A stretch of DNA of 64,000 nucleotides from Squalus acanthias (lineage: Eukaryota). This document shows, piece by piece, positions 32,290 to 44,784 of this stretch. A program made the translations under genes and the position numbers. Every line of letters begins with the position of its first letter. Position 1 is the first letter of the stretch. A model generated the notes under the pieces. The model searched no databases. It was given only the letters and a program-made list of their open reading frames with translations, and had not been told where the DNA came from. The stretch covers positions 26,910,001 through 26,974,000 of the forward strand of contig CM059433.1 of NCBI GenBank assembly GCA_030390025.1, written 5' to 3'.

Positions 32290-35200
32290 GACCCCCATTG
32301 ATACAGAATAAACCCAGTGCCCAGGAGAGACCCCCATTGATACTGAATAAACCCAGTGCGCAGGAGAGACCCCCATTGATACAGAATAAACCCAGTGCCC
32401 AGGAGAGACCCCCATTGATACAGTATAAACCCAGTGCCCAGGAGAGACCCCCATTGATACAGAATAAACCCAGTGCCCAGGAGTGATCCCCATTGATACA
32501 GAATAAACCCAGTGCCCAGGAGAGATCCCCATTGATACAGAATAAACCCAGTGCCTAGGAGAGACCCCGATTGATACAGTATAAACCCAGTGCCCAGGAG
32601 AGACCCCCATTGATACAGAATAAACCCAGTGCCCAGGAAAGACCCCCATTGATATAAACCCAGTGCCTAGGAGAGACCCCGATTGATACAGTATAAACCC
32701 AGTGCCCAGGAGAGACCCCCACTGATACAGAATAAACCCAGTGCCCAGGAGAGACCCCCATTGATACAATATAAACCCAGTGCCCAGGAGAGACCCCCAT
32801 TGATACAGAATAAACCCAGTGCCCAGGAGTATCCCCCCATTGATACAATATAAACCCAGTGCCCAGGAGAGACCCCCATTGATACAATATAAACCCAGTG
32901 CCCAGGAGAGACCCCCATTGATATAAACCCAGTGCCCAGGAGAGACCCCCATTGATATAAACCCAGTGCCCAGGAGAGACCCCCATTGATATAAACCAGG
33001 TGCCCAGGAGAGACCCCCATTGATTCAGAATAAACCCAGTGCCCAGGAGAGACCCCCATTCATACAGAATAAACCCAGTGCCCAGGAAAGACCCCCATTG
33101 ATACAGAATAAACCCAGTGCCCAGGAGTGTCCCCCATTGATATAAACCAGGCGCCCAGGAGAGACCCCCATTGATATAAACCAGGTGCCCAGGAGAGACC
33201 CCCATTGATATAAACCCAGTGCCCAGGAGAGACCCCCATTGATATAAACCCAGTGCCCAGGAGAGACCCCAACTGATACAGAATAAACCCAGTGCCCAGG
33301 AGAGACCCACATTGATACAGAATAAACCCAGTGCCCAGGAGAGACCCCCATTGATACAGAATAAACCCAGTGCCCAGGAGAGACCCCATTGATACAGTAT
33401 AAACCTAGTGCCCAGGAGAGACCCCCACTGATACAGAATAAACCCAGTGCCCAGGAGAGACCCCCATTGATACAGAATAAACCCAGTGCCCAGGAGAGAC
33501 CCCCACTGATACAGAATAAACCCAGTGCCCAGGAGAGACCCCCACTGATACAGTATAAACCTAGTGCCCAGGAGAGACCCCCATTGATACAGTATAAACC
33601 TAGTGCCCAGGAGAGACCCCCATTGATACAGAATAAACCCAGTGCCCAGGAGAGATCCCCATTGATACAGAATAAACCCAGTGCCCAGGAGTGTCCCCCA
33701 TTGATATAAACCAGGCGCCCAGGAGAGACCCCCATTGATATAAACCAGGTGCCCAGGAGAGACCCCCATTGATATAAACCCAGTGCCCAGGAGAGACCCC
33801 CATTGATATAAACCCAGTGCCCAGGAGAGACCCCAACTGATACAGAATAAACCCAGTGCCCAGGAGAGACCCACATTGATACAGAATAAACCCAGTGCCC
33901 AGGAGAGACCCCCATTGATACAGAATAAACCCAGTGCCCAGGAGAGACCCCATTGATACAGTATAAACCTAGTGCCCAGGAGAGACCCCCACTGATACAG
34001 AATAAACCCAGTGCCCAGGAGAGACCCCCATTGATACAGAATAAACCCAGTGCCCAGGAGAGACCCCCACTGATACAGAATAAACCCAGTGCCCAGGAGA
34101 GACCCCCACTGATACAGTATAAACCTAGTGCCCAGGAGAGACCCCCATTGATACAGTATAAACCTAGTGCCCAGGAGAGACCCCCATTGATACAGAATAA
34201 ACCCAGTGCCCAGGAGAGATCCCCATTGATACAGAATAAACCCAGTGCCCAGGAGAGACCCCCATTGATACAGTATAAACCCAGTGCCCAGGAGAGACCC
34301 TCATTGATATAAACCAGGCGCCCAGGAGAGACCCCCATTGATATAAACCCAGTGCCCAGGAGAGACCCCCATTGATACAGTATAAACCCAGTGCCCAGGA
34401 GAGACCCCCTTTGATATAAACCAAGCTCCCAGGAGAGACCCCGATTGATATAAACCCAGTGCCCAGGAGAGACCCCCATTGATATAAACCCAGTGCCCAG
34501 GAGAGACTCCCATTGATATAAACCAGGTGCCCAGGAGAGACCCCCATTGATTCAGAATAAACCCAGTGCCCAGGAGAGACCCCCATTCATACAGAATAAA
34601 CCCAGTGCCCAGGAAAGACCCCCATTGATACAGAATAAACCCAGTGCCCAGGAGTGTCCCCCATTGATATAAACCAGGTGCCCAGGAGAGACCCCCATTG
34701 ATTCAGAATAAACCCAGTGCCCAGGAGAGACCCCCACTGATACAGAATAAACCCAGTGCCCAGGAGAGACCCCCATTGATACAGAATAAACCCAGTGCCC
34801 AGGAGAGACCCCCACTGATACAGAATAAACCCAGTGCCCAGGAGAGACCCCCATTGATACAGAATAAACCCAGTGCCCAGGAGAGACCCCCACTGATACA
34901 GAATAAACCCAGTGCCCAGGAGAGACCCCCACTGATACAGAATAAACCCAGTGCCCAGGAGAGACCCCCATTGATACAGAATAAACCCAGTGCCCAGGAG
35001 AGACCCCCACTGATACAGAATAAACCCAGTGCCCAGGAGAGACCCCCATTGATACAGTATAAACCCAGTGCCCAGGAGAGACCCCCATTGATATAAACCC
35101 GGTGCCCAGGAGAGACCCCCACTGATACAGTATAAACCCAGTGCCCAGGAGAGACCCCCATTGATACAGTATAAACCCAGTGCCCAGGAGAGACCCCCAT

Positions 35201-36859
35201 TGATATAAACCCAGTGCCCAGGAGAGACCCCCATTGATATAAACCCAGTGCCCAGGAGAGACCCCCATTGATACAAACCCGGTGCCCAGGAGAGACCCCC
35301 AATGATTCAGCATAAACCCAGTGCCCAGGAGAGACCCCCATTGATATAAACCCAGTGCCCAGGAGAGACCCCCATTGATACAAACCCGGTGCCCAGGAGA
35401 GACCCCCAATGATTCAGCATAAACCCAGTGCCCAGGAGAGACCCCCATTGATATAAACCCGGTGCCCAGGAGAGACCCCCACTCGTACAGCAGGATGAAC
35501 GGGAGTGAAGTTGCCTACGGTTGGGTCAGATAACGGGCGGTATCGCATTGGTCGCCCATTATCCGCCCCGCCCGATATTCAGTTCCTCTGATTTCCGGGC
35601 AGCAAAAGCGATTCTGCATCTTTTATGACCCACCCATGTCCAATTTCACCACCCTCCACCAGTCTCCCTGTGCTTTGCTTCTCCCGCTATTCTATTCCTG
35701 TGGCTCTGTTGCTTTCCCTCCACAGCCCACTGCTCTTCTCCTGGGATGCATGCCATCTGGACCTGGTGACTTTGCTGCTCTCAGTCCCATTTACTTCTTT
35801 AATACAGCTGCCTTTTGCGCATTTATCGCTAGTAGTTGTACTTCCACATCCTCCCCCTGCCACCTTCCTCTGTAAAAACTCAGGCAAAGTACTTATAAAG
35901 CATCCACACCTCCGAAAGTCCCTCATTCTCAAGTACCAGATGACGCACCTCATCTTTAAATGGTCCCAACTCTCCCTTTTAATTAATATATGTGTATAGC
36001 AGCTATTGGTATTTTTCCATTATGTTAACCTCCAGCCCTCTTCCTTACTCGTGATTCCACGACAGTATCCCAGGACAGCAGCTGACCACAGTTAGAAGGA
36101 ACTGCTGGCATCCACCCAAGTATTCACTGAGTGCACCAGTGCAATACTGAGGCAGAGCTGCAGGTACCTGGACAGTTCCAGGGACTAAGGTTTCAAGGGC
36201 TGTTGCTGGGTGCTGCATGTTGCAGGACATCAGTCCCCATGAAGGCCCCATACGAAGGAGGCTCCATGGCAGCTCAAAGGGCCTATGAAGAGGAGCATTC
36301 AAAGGATGTAGGCTACAACCCAATGCTTGCTGTGAGAGACACTTGTCAAGTTCTCATACATGACACCTTCTCAACTTGCAAACATGACCCCTGCCTTAAC
36401 AGCCCTTGTCTCGTGCCCTCCACAAACTTGCCTTGGCCTCCAGCGCCTAACATCTTTCTGTCAATTCACAAACTTACCAACCTTGCCGCCTGATGCAACG
36501 TGCTCACTTACCTTTAGTAAGATCAGTCTCTGCACAAACCTTGCTGTGTGTGAGCACCTAGGCATGGAGTTTCCGCTAGTCCCCCAATCAGCAAAAAAGG
36601 TGCCCAGACTGCGCCGGTCTGGCTGAAGTGGAGTCACGCTCGAGTTTCCACGCAGACGCATGAGCACAAGCCCGAACATAAAATCTCCCATGAATCGGCG
36701 CAATCAAGCAGCGCACTCGAACGTAATTGGCTTGTGACTTGTACAGCGCCAGTGAGGCCTCAAGGTGTTGGGTTGGATCGTATAAAAGATAAGCAGGGAA
36801 AAACATTCCCTTCAGAGCGAGGCTGCTTTTTTTGGTGCAATCAAGAAACAAATAAACTG

Positions 36860-37190
36860 TAACTTAACAAAAATACATCAAATGAAACTTAACAATTAAA
36901 TTAAAATTTGGTTCCTTATGGTGATGATGCACTCCAGTCCCTGCGGTGCCCACCGGTCGCGGAAGGCCTCGAGCGTGCCGGCGGACACCACGTGCTCCAT
37001 CCATGCACGAACGTGGCCGCAGAAGAGAGGCAGGCAGTCAAGCCGAGCGACCCCCTCGACCGCCCGCTGCCTGGACCTGTTAATGGCCACTTTGGCCAGG
37101 CCCAGGAGCAGTCCAACGAGGAGGTCTCCCGACCTGCCCGCTCCCCTCTGCACTGGGTGACCAAAGATCAGGAGCGTGGGACTGAAGCGC
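36860..37190 (-). mobile_element. Tx1-like LINE ORF2 C-terminal fragment
   Basis: FSPTLLIFGHPV...LLVGLLLGLAKVAINRSR...LEAFRDRWAPQG. Confidence 0.7.
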
Positions 37191-38450
37191 ACAGAGCGAG
37201 GCTGAAGGTCACAAGGTAAGACACTTACACTTGACTTCTGGTTACTGCTGCCTTCAATTCACTAATTACTGCAGCAAAGCAGGACACACCCATGTGGCTT
37301 CAATGGACGGCTGGTCACAGGTCTTTGATGTACCAAGGGCAGATCAATTGACTGAATTTAAGCTAATTTAAACTGAATTTAATCACAGCAGGAGAAACAG
37401 ACCTGGGCCAGGCTTCAGTTGACTGATGGTCACTGCTTGTCAGGTGATTAACGCTGGATTAATATGACCACGGGTGCCTGTCTGCTCGAGAATGGGCGCA
37501 ATGTGATGACCACCCCAAACCCCCCCCGAACAGGCCGTTTATCCACAGTAACGGGTAGATGCCAGCGTTGTAGCTGTACTGGAACACCTTGCCTAGAGGC
37601 AGGAGCGGAGAAGGGCGATATCATGCAGGTGGAAGTAGGCGGTGTTGGTGATGGAGAGGATATGGGACTGGAAGCTCAGCTCAGGGTCAATAGGACGCTG
37701 AGGTTGCGAACAGTCTAGTTCAGCCTGAGACAGTGGCCAGAGAGGGGACCACTGAGAGAGGATTGGACAGGGTTTGACAAGGAGGATTGGACATTTTCTA
37801 ATCAAAAGAATTGTGCAGAAGTTGACAGAGAGGATTGTGCTGTCAGTGGCCAGATTAATGACCAGATAGCATGCCTTTCTGTTTGTAACACATCTGTCAC
37901 TTTATGCAATATTCATGTGACTAAGGTCAATGAATTGGAAGTGAAAGAAAGTTCCATCTTGTCATTCATTGCCAACTCTGGCTGTAGTAATCCTGGAGGT
38001 TTCATCACATGACCTCCTGCTTCCAACTGCCCCGCCCCCACCCTTCCCCCATTGGTCGCCCTACAGGTCCATCCTCACGGGGCACCGCCTTCTCTCGGCC
38101 AATTGGAAAACGAACAGACTCGTCATTACCTGATTGACTGTCAGCCAAACAGCCTTTTCTTTTCCAACTCCCAACATTTTTCTAACTGATAAACAAAAGT
38201 GTTGAAAGAAAGCGATTTATTTTTAATGCCCCTAGCTATGATTTTTCTCCCTGGGTTTTTTGCCTGCAGCGGTGTCCTGGAGATTAGTCTTTAATTCCTG
38301 GAGACTTCAGGGCAATCCTGGAGGGTTGGCACCCCTTGGTAGCGGTGCTGTAGAAGATGGAAGCAGTAACAGCGATCTGTGATTTGCGTACGATCGCTCA
38401 CCCCCGCCTCGGATGTAACTGATGCCATTGTGTTATTGTTCCCATAACAG

Positions 38451-38619
38451 CTGCCCAGAGGTTACGACTGAGCGCACCCTTTTAGTGAAAACAAATGGCC
38501 AAGGTTCTGAGGCCATGTTTCGTATCCAGATGTTTAAGTTTGTGGGGGACTCCTACAACGATGTCTTCCTGCACTGCCACATTCAAATATGTCACAACAC
38601 AGCTGCCCTGTGCCAGCCA
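38451..38619 (+). CDS. ZP-domain protein exon (ZP-C)
   Basis: ataacag|C TGC...CCA|gtaagt; CPEVTTERTLLVKTNGQGSEAMFRIQMFKFVGDSYNDVFLHCHIQICHNTAALCQP (NG...F..F.F...V.LHC...C). Phase 2/0. Confidence 0.95.
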
Positions 38620-38929
38620 GTAAGTATAAAATTACTTGAAGTTTGAAGGGTGGCTCAATATATGTCTACGCTGTGATGACTTGAATTCTTAAAAGATGTT
38701 GTTTCCCCTAACACTTCCCTCACAACAATGGGCCTGTGAGCCCAACCCCAGGGTCACACCTCCTGCCCGTATTAATTTGCATTGTGTGAGCTACTTTACT
38801 ATCCTTGGACACCAAGTCTGCTTTTAATGGTTGACTAAGGATAATGGCATGAATGTAACTGATTTTACTCGACACTTTAAGTACATTCAGGCCTTGTGCC
38901 TCGTGCAACTGAAGCATAACTTCCTCACT

Positions 38930-39350
38930 TTTGAATACAAAGGCGAGGAAGTTATAGTTCAGTTGTACAGAGCTCCGGTCAGACCCGTCTGGGGTAATTC
39001 CATTCAGTTCTGGGCAGGAGTGATATATTGGTTGCGGAGGGAGTGCAGCGCAGATTCACCAGAATGATACCTGTGTGAGAAAGCAGGGACAGGGTACTGG
39101 ATTTGGATGATCAGCCATGATCGTATTGAATGGTGGAGCAGGCTCGATGGGCCGAATGGCCTACTCCTGCTCCTAGTTTCTATGTTTCTATACCGGTGCT
39201 TAAAGGGTTCAATTATGTGGACAGGTGGCATAGACTAGGCTTGTATTCCCTTGAGTTTAGAAGATTGAGGGGTGATCTAATCAAGGTGTTTAAAATGATG
39301 AAGGGTTTGATCGGGTAGATACAGAGTAACTGTATCTGGTGGGGGAGTCC
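38930..39350 (+). mobile_element. Decayed CR1 fragment interrupted by a short CR1/HE1 3' tail (39078-39191)
   Basis: EYKGEEVIVQLYRAPVRP and LGLYSLEFRRLRGDLIKVFK flank a tail matching the 44.8 kb element. Confidence 0.7.
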
Positions 39351-40357
39351 AGAACATACTCTCGCATCAAAGACATTGGGGTCCCAGGCCTGTCGAAGTG
39401 AAGCCCATCCGTCCATCCTGTACTGACCACTCCTACCAAATAACTGGTCCCTGGATTCTGAACCCCTCCCTCCTACACCATCTCTCCAGCCATACATTTA
39501 CTTCCCTTCCTTCCTATCCAGCCATACATGTACTTCCCTTCCTTCCTATTCATATGCTGATTTATCATGTCACACTGAGAATAATCCTGAGATTACTGCT
39601 CTTGAGGTCCTGCTCTTTAATCTATCTCCTAAAATCTGAATCTCCCTTTTGTGGGATCTCAATTCATTTCTTCCTATTATGTTGGTTTCATCACATGAAC
39701 CACGACTTTTAGCTGTTTCCTTTTGTACGAGCAGTGGGATCAGTAAATTTATATTAATCCAAAGGCACTGGGGAATCCTTAACACCTCAACCTCAACTCC
39801 TCATCAAGGAGCTTTCCAGAGTTTACCATCCATTCTATGTCTAGGGAAGTACTGGATGTCTAAATTTGGCTTCCCAAACAGTCTTGCCTGAACTGATTTG
39901 GATTATATTAATATTTATCCTACCCACCCCTATAAAGATATGTATGTGTCCAAATTCAAACAGAGCTTTTCTTCCCCTGACTCTCTATCGCCAGAACGAT
40001 ACCTAAGTAATCTGGAGGGGGGAGGAACTTTCACGATGGTTGTGGAGGCAGGGGGAGCAGTAAAGTTCTGGCATTAGGTCCACTTTTGTTTTATTCATTC
40101 TCAGGATGTGGGCGCAGCTGGCAAGGCCGGCATTTATTGCCCATCCTGAGTTGTCCTTTGGGCTGTCTTTCACATTTTTGTGCCTTGTACTCCTCCTCAA
40201 CACCTGGCAGAAGGCTGGAAAATTGTAAAGGGTGAAATAATATTTGTCCCCATATGCAATCACTTACCTTTAAGTGTTTACATAAGGATATAGGAATGCA
40301 CAAGACCAGAAATTCAATTAGTCGTCAAAAAAGAAGTCAGAATACAACTCTCACAAA

Positions 40358-40696
40358 CAGGGTAGATGTAGAGAAGGTGTTTCCGCTTGTGGGGGAGACC
40401 AGAACTGGGGGCCATAAATATAAGATAGTCACTAATAAATCCAATAAGGAATTCAGGAGAAACTTATTTACCCAGAGAATGGTTAGAATGTGGAACTTGT
40501 TACCACTGGGAGTAGTTGAGGTAAATAGCATAGATGCATTTAAGGGGAAGTTAGATAAACACATGGGGGAGAAAGGAATAGAAAGATATGCTGATAAGGT
40601 TAGATGAAGTAGGGTAGGAGGAGGCTCGTGTGGCGCATAAGCACTGGCATGGACATGTTGGGCCGAATGGCCTGTTTCTATGCTGTAAAATTCAAT
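40358..40696 (+). mobile_element. CR1 3' fragment
   Basis: RVDVEKVFPLVGETRTGGHKYKI...FRRNLFTQRMVRMWNLLP. Confidence 0.85.
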
Positions 40697-41875
40697 GGCC
40701 CAGATATTCTGATCCCTACGGGTGTGTACGCGCTGTGTACCCACCCGTAGGGACACCAGAAATGCCGGTTTCAGGCATGCACAGCGCAGGCGCTGAAAAC
40801 CGGCATTTCCGATCTGTCAAGAATGGGCAACACGGTGGCATAGTGGTTAGCACTGGTGCCTCACAGCGCCAGGGACCCGGGTTCGAATCTGACCTCGGGT
40901 GACTGTCTGTGTGGAGTTTGCACATTCTCCCCATGTCTGCGTGGGTTTCCTCCGGGTGCTCCGGTTTCCTCCCACAGTCCAAAAATGTGCGGGTTAGGTT
41001 GATTTGGCTATGATAAATTGACCCTTAGTGTTAGGGGGGGATTAAATATGTGGGGTTATGGGGATAGGATGGGATATGTTAGGGGGAATTAAATATGTGG
41101 GGTTACGGGGGTAGGGTGGGATATGTGTACTGTTGGGGATTAAAGCAGGGACAGGGTACTGAATTTGGATGATCAGCCATGATCGTGTTGAATGGTGGAG
41201 CAGGCTCGATGGGCCGAATGGCCTACTCCTGCTCCTAGATTCTATGTTTCTTGACAGATCCTCCGGCTGCCCTGGAGAAGGGCCTCTGCGGGCGGATAGT
41301 TCCGCTTTTTGGAGACCCTCCACCCGCAGAAAACCCTTATAATTCTTACGCCTGGTAAAGGCAGGCATAAGGCCTGCTTTTACCAGGATAAGAGTTGAAA
41401 AAAAGTTTTTTTTTTAATTTTCACTGATTTATCATTTAAAAATACTTTAAAAAAAGGTAAGTTTATTTTTAGCCCCGTAAAAAACTTTAATTATTTTTTT
41501 CAAAAAATTAAATTTTTGTTTAAAATACTTAATTTATTGTAATTTCAAGTCATTTTAAAAATGTGATTTTTTTGTAAAATGTATTTAAAGTTTTACTATG
41601 TTTTTGGGGTGATCTCCATTCATATATTGGACAGGTCTTCCTGTCAAGTGTATGAAGGGAGATTCCCTTCTTTGATTGGCTCCCCATGGCCCACGTGATC
41701 CCAGGGACGCTGCGAACTACATGCGCCTCTGGGATACGTGGGCCCTGCGCACTTGGAGTTTGGAGAGGCCCAGGATCGGAAGCGTGTGCGTCCCAGGAGC
41801 CCTCAGGTAAGAGCGTAGATTTTTCCGGATCGCAGGCCTCCGCCCGCAGGAGGCCTGCGATCAGAAAATACGCCC
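40697..41875. mobile_element. MITE (probably Harbinger-derived) with AAT TSD
   Basis: Imperfect TIRs ggcccagatattctgatc / gatcagaaaatacgccc, AAT on both sides, interrupts the CR1 tail, subterminal hairpins. Confidence 0.7.
40825..41250 (+). mobile_element. HE1-type V-SINE
   Basis: tRNA head (tggcatagtgg...ggttcgaatc), V-domain tgtgtggagtttgcacattctcccc...gggtttcctccgggtgctccggtttcctcccaca, CR1-derived tail. Confidence 0.92.
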
Positions 41876-42169
41876 AATGTAATTCTATATAAGTATGGCA
41901 ACCTAGATTCAAAAGGTAGCAACCAATTCATGCTAGCACTTAGTGAAACAAGAGCTGTATTGTGGAACAGCCTGTGGAAATATTATCATGAGTTTTACTG
42001 ACTTTCTAAGTCACTAATGAGGTCAGTGCACGGTGATAGCATGACCTCCAAGATGGGAAAACTCTTTTTTTCTCCCACAGAACCGGGAGTTCAACACCCA
42101 GCGCACTGAGGCTCCCCTCCTGATTCAGCAGGTCTAGCATCCAGCCGGTCAGGGTCCACTCCTGGACTG

Positions 42170-42510
42170 CTACACTGGGGCAATCAGGCCTATCTCTGTA
42201 ACCTCCTCCAGCCCTCCGAGATCTCTGTGCTCCTTCAATTATGACCCGATTTTCGTCGCTCCACCATTGGCAGCTGTACATTCAGCTGCTTAGGTTCTAA
42301 GCTTTGGAATTCTCTCCCTAAACCTCTCTATCTCTCTCTTCTCTTTTAAGACGCTCCTTAAAACCTACCTCTTTGGCCAAGCTTTTAGTCACCTGTCCTA
42401 ATATCCCCTTATGTGGCTCGGTGTCAAATTTTGTTTGATAATCGCTCCTGTGAAGCACCTTGGGACATTTTACTAGGTTAAAGGTGCTAGATAAATGCAA
42501 GTTGTTGTTG
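42170..42510 (+). mobile_element. L2 3' end
   Basis: Same tail as 21.6-21.95 kb (aagacgctccttaaaacctacctcttt...aaatgcaagttgttgttg). Confidence 0.8.
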
Positions 42511-42787
42511 TACAGTGAGGAGTGGCACTTTGATGAGTGGCTGGTTGTTGGATACTGGAGCTCCCTGGCATGGCCTGGCATTTACCACCTGCGTAAGACA
42601 TGCTCTTCACTTGCTACTCTACCAAATCCAGAGAGTCATGAGAAAGGTATTAGCACTCAGAGAATAAAATATTCCTTTATTATAATGCCTTCAAATTATT
42701 TTGGATTTGTAGCCAAAATAAATGTTCAAAATGTTATGAAAATTGTTCCAAAGATGAAATAAATGATAATTCTGTATATTTGAACAG

Positions 42788-42902
42788 AATTGTAGCAGTT
42801 CAGAGGAGGTGACAAGGATGCGGAGAGATCTTGCCTCATTACATATTGTTTCTTATGGGCCAATCAGTCGAAAATCAACTGAAACAGCATCAGTGAATCC
42901 AG
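42788..42902 (+). CDS. ZP-domain protein exon (furin site + external hydrophobic patch)
   Basis: tgaacag|AAT...CCA G|gtaaat; NCSSSEEVTRMRRDLASLHIVSYGPISRKSTETASVNP (RxRR, VSYGPI). Phase 0/1. Confidence 0.92.
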
Positions 42903-43959
42903 GTAAATCTATCCACCTCTCTCATTAGCATGGATTTTGCAGTTGGCGGCGTAACTATGGATTACGCTGCCAGCATTCGAACAGAATGCACACTTACCTG
43001 ATGGGGACCCTCCTTGCTGGCTTGCTGGCAGAAGCGTACCTGGGATCACGTGGGCCAGTGCTCCAATCAGGAAACAGATGGTCTCTCATTCACCCCCGTC
43101 TCTCACTCACAAGCCAACCAAATTTTTATCGTGGGAAATTACTTGTATGTAAATGTTTGCAACTTTCAAGTAAAATGCAGCAACTTTCTATTCGCATCCA
43201 AACATGTAAAAAGAGGATATTGACATGAATCTTGTCATTCATGTGGAAATGACTTATGAAATAATACTGGGTGGCCTGCTGGTGGCGCTGTCCAGGGAGA
43301 GTATAAATACTCGGGCATGGGCCCAGCTTGCTCAGGACATTCTTTAACAGGAACTATGAGGGACACAACTAGACCTCCATGTTGAAAAACAGTTGCTTAA
43401 AGCCTTGTTTAATACTCAGACCAAGTGCCTAGTAGTTTTCTTACGTCAGATATATTCCAGGCTACAGTGGAATGTTACTTTGTATATTATTGAAAATTTT
43501 TGGAAGTGTTTTCTACTCTGAGGGGGTTGACAGTGAGTTTGCTAAGACTAGCTTGTAGGTTAAGCTTTTAAAATTAAATATATACTTGAATTTCCCAAAG
43601 ATTATCCCCTTAAGCTGTGCAAACAGGCCCTGCGCTGTAAAATTTTCATTCGCAGTTGGTGGGCAATTAGCCCAACTCTGTGCCAGCAAATAGGTTTTCA
43701 ATGGCGGAGCGGATGATCTGTCAAGTCGGAACCTGACAGATCGCAAGTTTGGGATTTAGCGTATGCGCAAGCACGTGTGGAAATCGCGAACTTGCTGTCC
43801 ATTTCAAAGGCAGTATGACGGCGTACTCTGAGAGTACGCAAATTCTGTCCCATTATCTTAGGAAATCAGAGCCTCACCTGCTGGAAGCACGAATCAGGAA
43901 ATCACGGGCACTCCCCACACAAACACAAATCAGGAAATCAGATGCCGTCACCCAATGAA

Positions 43960-44172
43960 CAGGGGAACTCTCCCCGGTGTCCTGGCCAATATTTATCCCT
44001 TAACCAACATCACTAAAAATAGATTATCTAGTCATTTACATCATGCTGTTTGTGGGAGATTGCTGTGCACAGATTAGCTGCCGTGTTTCCTACAACAGTG
44101 ACTATACTTCAGAAATACTTAATTGGCTGTAAAGCGCTTTGGGACGTCCTGAGGTCATGAAAGGCGCTATAG
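43960..44172 (+). mobile_element. Deu-domain SINE 3' half
   Basis: ggtgtcctggccaatatttatccc...aaagcgctttgggacgtcctgagg. Confidence 0.8.
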
Positions 44173-44219
44173 GACACATCCCACCCGGACTGTGGGACGC
44201 GCCCGTCTTTCTTTCTTAT

Positions 44220-44730
44220 TATTGCATCTGCTTCCACCACCCTTTCAGGAAGTGCATTCCCGATCATAGCATATCGCTGCATTAAAAAAAAAGTTCATCT
44301 CCCCTCTGGTTCTTTTGCCAGTTACCTTAAATCTGTGTTCCCTGGTTACCGACCCTCCCGCCAGTGGAAACAGTTTTTCCCTATTCACTCTATCAAAACT
44401 CCCCATAATTTTGAACACCTCTATTAAATCTCCCCTTAACCTTCTCTGCTCTAAGGAGAACAACCCCAGCTTCTCCAGTCTCTCCACATAACTGAAGTCT
44501 CTCATCCCTGGTACCATTCTAGTAAATCTCCTGTACACCATCTTCAAGGCCTTGATATTCTTCCTAAAGTGTGATGCCCAGAATTGAACACAATACTCAA
44601 GCTGAGGTCTAACCAGTGTTCTATAAAGGTCTACCATAACTTCTTTGCTTTTGTGTTCTATGCCTGTATTTATAAAGCCAATAATCCATTATGCCTTTTT
44701 AACAGCCTTCTCAACCTGTCCTGCTATCTT
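44220..44730 (-). mobile_element. CR1 3' fragment
   Basis: ORF 44245-44637: LYRTLVRPQLEYCVQFW...RRLRGDLIEVFKI. Confidence 0.88.
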
Positions 44731-44784
44731 TAAAGTTTATTATTCCTTTTTATAAGTGGGGGGTAGCGGTTTTATAATATTTAT

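Larger units (their letters stand above)
23101..35481. repeat. 39/34-bp minisatellite (gatacag[at]ataaacccagtgcccaggagagacccccatt)n, split by the ERV (23101-24519 and 32290-35481)
   Basis: About 4.6 kb of tandem units, period 39, with a 34-bp variant. Confidence 0.97.

Noticed and set aside
23098..35448. Long ORFs (up to 499 aa) such as MGVSPGHWVY... and IQNKPSAQERPPL repeats
   Set aside because: They are translations of a 39-bp minisatellite that is open in several frames at once; there is no sign of a real protein.
23101..35481. CRISPR-like appearance of the regular repeats (also 5461-5755 and 31160-31524)
   Set aside because: The units are head-to-tail with no unique spacers, there are no cas genes, and the context is eukaryotic.
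40825..40900. tRNA gene
   Set aside because: Box A/B belong to a SINE head followed by a V-domain and LINE tail. The same applies at 2530-2616 and 54040-54105.
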